Source: Minisyncoccia bacterium (lineage in GTDB: Bacteria > Patescibacteriota > Minisyncoccia > Phycocordibacterales > UBA9973). Taken from it: a DNA stretch of 64,000 bases. The notes beneath the pieces were generated by a model. That model ran no database searches. It saw only the letters and a list, made by a program, of their open reading frames with translations, and had not been told where the DNA came from. The position numbers and the translations under genes are program-made. The first letter of the stretch is position 1; each line of letters opens with the position of its first letter. The stretch spans positions 217,319 through 281,318 of the forward strand of contig CBFHKH010000001.1 of NCBI GenBank assembly GCA_965656375.1, in the 5' to 3' direction. Positions 59,252 to 64,000 of the stretch are shown piece after piece.

Positions 59252-60601
59252 TTAGTATCCTTCTTCTGTTAATCGTTCATCGATTCTGTTCATGTCTCGC
59301 GGGAACATGCACGCTTCCCGAATATTCTTAAGTCCGAGGAGTTGCATTGTCATACGTTCTGCACCAAATGCAAAGCCACCTTCTGGCGGTACTCCATACT
59401 TGAAGGCTTCTAGGAACATTTTGATCTTATTTGGGTCCATATTCCACTCATGTACATGCTTTTCTAACTGTTCATACTCATTGATTCGTCTGCCGCCGGA
59501 GAGCCATTCCACACCACGACAGATCAGGTCCATACCTTCATTTGTTTCTGGATGTTCAGGATTTGGATACACATAAAAAGGTTTCTGTCTTGTTGGATAC
59601 CCATAAATAAAAACGAAATCAGAACCAGTTTCTTCTTTTATTATCTCACAAATCTCGCGCTCATCTTGAGGATTTGTATCCTTTTCTCCACGAACATCGC
59701 GTCCTGTTTTATCGAAGATTTTTTGCTGAACTTCTGTAAGCGTAAGCGTTGGAGTTTTATCTATCATTGTAGGGAGGGTCGCTCCAAGTAATGCGAGTTC
59801 ATTCTGATTTTTTGCTTCTACTTGTTTGAGGATATATCGCACAGTATTTTCTGCCATGTCACGAACATCCATCCATGAATCAATAAACGCCATTTCTGCA
59901 TCAAGAGATACAACCTCTGTAAGATGGCGAGTTGTAGACGACGGCTCAGCGCGAAATACCTTGTTAACTGAGAAGCATCGTTCAAACGCAGACATTACTA
60001 TTTGCTTGTACAATTGCGGTGATTGGGATAGATATGCTTTTTTGTCAAAATAGCCAACCTGGAATACCTCGGCACCTCCTTCAGCAGTTGCAGGAGTTAT
60101 TGATGGAGCTTGGAATTCAAAAAACATATTTTCCTTCATGAAGGTACGGAAAGAATCTATGATTGTCTCTTGTACTTTGAATACTGCTTGGACTTTTGAC
60201 TGACGCAATACGAGCGCTCTATTATCGAGCTCAGTTGTAAGTTCGAGATTATATCCGCTAAGAGACATATCGAATGGAAGTGCTGCTGCCTTTGCCAGAA
60301 CTTGAACGCCGGTTACTTCTAGCTCTACATCGCCATTAAGAACTCCGTGTTTGATATTTTTTTCTGGGCGTTTATTGACGATTCCATGGAGCTTCAGCAC
60401 CCATTCATTTCGAACTTCTTTTATTGCTTCTATCGCATCGCTGTGATTTGGCAAAACGACACATTGCACTTTGCCAGTCATATCGCGCATGTCCATGAAC
60501 ACCATTTTTCCTTGATCACGACGAACATCCACCCATCCGGCGATTACTATCTCTGTCCCGACATGTTCTTTTAAATCTTTTATATATATACGATTTGTCA
60601 T
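59252..60601 (-). CDS. aspS: Archaeal-type (likely non-discriminating) aspartate--tRNA ligase
   Basis: OB fold, LSQSPQLYKQ, FRAE and FPRD motifs; short 449-aa form. Confidence 0.92.
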   Translation of the reverse strand: MTNRIYIKDLKEHVGTEIVIAGWVDVRRDQGKMVFMDMRDMTGKVQCVVLPNHSDAIEAIKEVRNEWVLKLHGIVNKRPEKNIKHGVLNGDVELEVTGVQVLAKAAALPFDMSLSGYNLELTTELDNRALVLRQSKVQAVFKVQETIIDSFRTFMKENMFFEFQAPSITPATAEGGAEVFQVGYFDKKAYLSQSPQLYKQIVMSAFERCFSVNKVFRAEPSSTTRHLTEVVSLDAEMAFIDSWMDVRDMAENTVRYILKQVEAKNQNELALLGATLPTMIDKTPTLTLTEVQQKIFDKTGRDVRGEKDTNPQDEREICEIIKEETGSDFVFIYGYPTRQKPFYVYPNPEHPETNEGMDLICRGVEWLSGGRRINEYEQLEKHVHEWNMDPNKIKMFLEAFKYGVPPEGGFAFGAERMTMQLLGLKNIREACMFPRDMNRIDERLTEEGY

Positions 60602-60632
60602 ATGTGTTCTACTATATCACAGAATTATTCTA

Positions 60633-60905
60633 TTAATGGATATCCATCGTAATAACGAATTCATATGGGACTGAGACAATAAACGTGATCGCAACAAGGA
60701 GCCAGTAGAACGGGGTAAATGCATAATAAACAATTATGTCTTTGTGCTTCATTCCGAAATACCATTTTTGCACTATCATGTATAAGTTATTGAGCGGAAT
60801 GTATATTATGCCGAGTGTCACAGTCAACAACACACGAACAAATTTTACTGTTTTGATTATGACATACGCGACTATGATGATGAGAAGTATAAGGAGTATT
60901 TTCAT
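60633..60905 (-). CDS. Small hydrophobic membrane protein
   Basis: Hydrophobic 90-aa ORF between trpS and aspS. Confidence 0.6.
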   Translation of the reverse strand: MKILLILLIIIVAYVIIKTVKFVRVLLTVTLGIIYIPLNNLYMIVQKWYFGMKHKDIIVYYAFTPFYWLLVAITFIVSVPYEFVITMDIH

Positions 60906-60908
60906 AGA

Positions 60909-61880
60909 TTAGATAGTTACTCCGATAGCGTCCCGGATTGATTTCATTTTTTCTTCCATGATTAGTTTTCCTTTCATGCTACCTTCAGTTAATATGGATT
61001 TCACTAGTTCGGGATTGTTTACATACTTTTTTCTTTTCTCTCTCATCGGAGTAATGAGGTCTAGTATTTCTCTTAAAAGCATCTCTTTCGATTCCTTATA
61101 ACCGATGTTCCCTGATAGATATCGGGCCCGGAGTTCTTCGAGTTCGCTTCCACTCAAAAAAAGTTTGTGTAATGCAAAAATATTGCATGTATCGGGATCC
61201 TTTGGTTCATCGGGTGCTTTTGAATCAGTCACAATACTCATGACTGTCTTTTTTATTTCCTCATCAGTGCCGAAGAGCGGAATGGTATTACCGTAGCTTT
61301 TTGACATTTTCCTACCATCTGTACCAGGTACAATAGCAACATCTTTCTGAATAAGTGCTTCAGGAAGTTTGAATGTTTCGCCGTAAATATTATTGAACTT
61401 TTGCGCAGTGTCACGGGCATACTCAACGTGTTGTTTCTGATCAGCTCCAACAGGCACTACATCTGCATCATGGATCAAAATATCAGCTGCCATCAAAAGC
61501 GGATAATCAAAAAGTCCAACAGTGACTTCTTTTGCTTTCATATGTGCATCCTTATATGCAACGGCACGTTCAAGATATGCCATGGTTGTAATACAATTAA
61601 AATACCATGCGAGCTCTGTAACAAAGGGAAGATCCGATTGTTTGAAAATAATTACCTTTTCTGGATCAAGCCCACATGCGAGATAATCTATAGCTACTTC
61701 CATGGTATTTTTAGCTAATGTTTCCTTATTCTGTGTTGTAGTCAATGCATGGAGATCAACAATTATTACTCGACTGTCATATGTGTCCTGTAGATCAACG
61801 AATTGCTTGAGGGCTCCGAAGTAGTTGCCAATATGCAAGGTTCCTGAAGGTTGTATTCCTGAAACGAGTACTTTTTTCAT
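60909..61880 (-). CDS. trpS: Tryptophan--tRNA ligase
   Basis: HIGN, VPVGADQ and KMSKS motifs. Confidence 0.96.
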   Translation of the reverse strand: MKKVLVSGIQPSGTLHIGNYFGALKQFVDLQDTYDSRVIIVDLHALTTTQNKETLAKNTMEVAIDYLACGLDPEKVIIFKQSDLPFVTELAWYFNCITTMAYLERAVAYKDAHMKAKEVTVGLFDYPLLMAADILIHDADVVPVGADQKQHVEYARDTAQKFNNIYGETFKLPEALIQKDVAIVPGTDGRKMSKSYGNTIPLFGTDEEIKKTVMSIVTDSKAPDEPKDPDTCNIFALHKLFLSGSELEELRARYLSGNIGYKESKEMLLREILDLITPMREKRKKYVNNPELVKSILTEGSMKGKLIMEEKMKSIRDAIGVTI

Positions 61881-61983
61881 ATTTACAATAATACCAAAAA
61901 AACGTTGGTTTTGCACATTTTACCCACATGCTTATCCGATAACCATGAATTTCTAGAATATACGAGTGTGCTACAATAGGCCC

Positions 61984-63402
61984 ATGGCAGAGAAAAATAT
62001 AGCTCAAAATATCAAGCAAAAATCAAACCTCCGGGTTCCTCCCCAGAGTGTAGATTCTGAAAAAGCCGTTCTCGGATCGATAATGTTACGTCCGGGAGCG
62101 ATTCATGAAATTAGTGACATCATTGGTCAGGATTCTTTTTACGTCTCAAAACATAGTGATATTTACAAAATAATGCTCGAACTCTCAAGCAAAGGTGAAC
62201 CTATCGATATCCTCTCTGTTACTCACAAGCTTAGCGATAAAGGACTACTCGATCATGTAGGCGGTAGTATGTATCTGAGCGATCTGACCAATGCAGTTCC
62301 ATCTTCGACAAATATCAAGCACTACGCTGATATTGTGGCAAAAAAACATATCCTTCGAAAAATTATTGAAGCTGGAGTTGATATTTCCGAACTTGGCTTT
62401 CGAGAAGAAATTGAAGATGTTTTTGAAATCCTAGACCAAGCTGAAAAACGTATGATGGGCATCAATAACAATACAAGCAGCCAGGCATTCTTGTCGCTCA
62501 AAGATAGCCTTCCGGAAGCATGGAATCGCCTCGAGAAACTACACGAAAGTAAGGGTGAGCTTCGCGGTGTACCGACAGGATTCCACGATCTTGATCAGTA
62601 TCTCTCCGGACTCCAGAAATCTGATCTCATCATTCTTGCTGCGCGACCTTCTATGGGTAAGACCACCCTCGCGCTCGACATTGCACGGCAGGCTGCAGGA
62701 AAACACAATATCCCAACTGCGATCTTTTCGCTTGAAATGAGTACGCAGCAACTTGTTGACAGACTTCTCGCTGCAGAATCCAAAGTTAATTCTTGGAGCC
62801 TTCGAACAGGAAACCTTACTGCTGAGACTGAATTTTCAAAGATTCGCGATTCGCTCGATCGACTCTCAAAAGCCCCTATCTATGTCGATGATATGGCCGG
62901 TAACTCTATCGTTCGCATGCGTTCAGTTTGTAGACGTATACGGGCTGAGCATGGACTTGGGTTAATCATCGTTGACTATTTGCAACTAATGTCTACCTCA
63001 AAGAACTACGACAGCATGGTCAACCAAGTTACAGAAATATCACGTTCCCTGAAAGCTCTTGCAAAGGAATTCGATGTTCCCGTGATTGCCCTCTCCCAGC
63101 TCTCTCGTGCAGTAGAATCCCGCGGAGGTAGACCGCGCCTTTCTGACCTTCGTGATTCAGGTTCTATTGAACAAGACGCAGATGTGGTCATGTTCTTGCA
63201 CCGAGAAGATAGGGGTAAAGATGAGAGCGAAAAAGACAATATTGTGGAAATTTTGATAGAAAAACACCGCAATGGTCCGGTTGGAAAAGTTACACTCTAC
63301 TTCGACGAAAAACTCACAACATTTATAAGTATAGAGAAAAGCAGCATGAATCAGTTCTCATCGACTCAAGCTGACAGCCTAAGCGGTATTGATGGATTTT
63401 AA
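61984..63402 (+). CDS. dnaB: Replicative DNA helicase
   Basis: ARPSMGKT, DYLQL and DLRDSGSIEQDAD motifs; no intein. Confidence 0.97.
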   Translation: MAEKNIAQNIKQKSNLRVPPQSVDSEKAVLGSIMLRPGAIHEISDIIGQDSFYVSKHSDIYKIMLELSSKGEPIDILSVTHKLSDKGLLDHVGGSMYLSDLTNAVPSSTNIKHYADIVAKKHILRKIIEAGVDISELGFREEIEDVFEILDQAEKRMMGINNNTSSQAFLSLKDSLPEAWNRLEKLHESKGELRGVPTGFHDLDQYLSGLQKSDLIILAARPSMGKTTLALDIARQAAGKHNIPTAIFSLEMSTQQLVDRLLAAESKVNSWSLRTGNLTAETEFSKIRDSLDRLSKAPIYVDDMAGNSIVRMRSVCRRIRAEHGLGLIIVDYLQLMSTSKNYDSMVNQVTEISRSLKALAKEFDVPVIALSQLSRAVESRGGRPRLSDLRDSGSIEQDADVVMFLHREDRGKDESEKDNIVEILIEKHRNGPVGKVTLYFDEKLTTFISIEKSSMNQFSSTQADSLSGIDGF

Positions 63403-63405
63403 AGT

Positions 63406-64000
63406 ATGAACCCTATAGACAAACTTGCGCAGCAATTCAAAGAATTCCCGGGTATTGGCGAACGCCAAGCAAAGCGTTTTGTATATTTTTTGCTGCATAA
63501 AAATCCGAGCTATGTATCTGAACTCTCAAATGCAATTAATATTTTAAAAAATAGCATTCATCAGTGTCCCTCATGTTTCCTATTTTTTCAATCTGAGAAA
63601 AATACATTGTGCGAGAATTGTAGTAATCCCAAAACAGACAAAACTTCCCTTCTCATTGTAGAAAAAGATGCAGACTATGAAAGCATAAAGCGAAGTAAGA
63701 ATTACAGTGGTATGTATTTTATACTTGGCGGACTTGTGCCAATTGTTACAAAAGATACTCCAACATTCGTACGAACTAAAGAACTGATCAGATCAGTGGA
63801 GGAACGAGTCCAAAAAGAAGGATTAAAAGAAGTTATCATAGCATTGTCACTTAATCCTCAAGGCGAACATACAGATCTGTATCTCCGCGAGCTCCTCTCA
63901 CCTCTTCAAACAAAGTATTCTTTCAATATAGTTTCTCTTGGCCGTGGACTCTCAACCGGCACTGAACTTGAATACTCTGATTCAGAAACCATCAAGAACG
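63406..64000 (+). CDS. recR: Recombination mediator RecR (3' truncated by window edge)
   Basis: FPGIGERQAKR HhH, C4 zinc finger (CPSC..CENC), Toprim, GLSTGTELEYSD. Confidence 0.92.
   Translation, partial: MNPIDKLAQQFKEFPGIGERQAKRFVYFLLHKNPSYVSELSNAINILKNSIHQCPSCFLFFQSEKNTLCENCSNPKTDKTSLLIVEKDADYESIKRSKNYSGMYFILGGLVPIVTKDTPTFVRTKELIRSVEERVQKEGLKEVIIALSLNPQGEHTDLYLRELLSPLQTKYSFNIVSLGRGLSTGTELEYSDSETIKN

Noticed and set aside
61900-61983. oriC near dnaB
   Set aside because: Only degenerate DnaA-box-like words, no box cluster, and no dnaA in the window.

Overview
AT-rich chromosomal segment that looks like a Patescibacteria (CPR, Parcubacteria-like) genome. This assignment is inferred from gene content, archaeal-type AspRS, split transketolase, RRM/DUF1653/DUF5679 genes and widespread leaderless genes. 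Core content is mostly on the minus strand: a complete F0F1 ATP synthase operon, pentose-phosphate/glycolysis genes, prfA, rpmE, rplY, gatB, gltX, aspS, trpS, scpAB, mraY-ftsW-murG, dnaB, recR, tRNA-Ile(GAT), tRNA-Leu(TAA), and a LexA-led damage cluster (PIF1 helicase, Ogt/Atl, Y-family polymerase) with a GAAC-N4-GTTC box. No integrase, transposase, CRISPR or rRNA was seen. Four signals stand out. (1) Both tRNA genes are followed by the same ~125-bp non-coding element: a conserved covarying hairpin scaffold with swappable segments that are antisense to the adjacent tRNA's own T-arm and acceptor, ending in a duplicate of the tRNA 3' end. (2) A second ~160-bp covarying palindromic element sits just after the stop codons of atpD and rpmE. 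(3) Scattered stand-alone promoter-leader-ORF-terminator cassettes encode Bacteroidota-like proteins (ECF sigma, T9SS-CTD-like protein, beta-barrel OMP, secreted PepD) and share leader and terminator sequences. (4) There are ORF-less promoter-to-terminator units and several unannotated micro-ORFs. All family assignments come from motif recognition by eye, without database searches.
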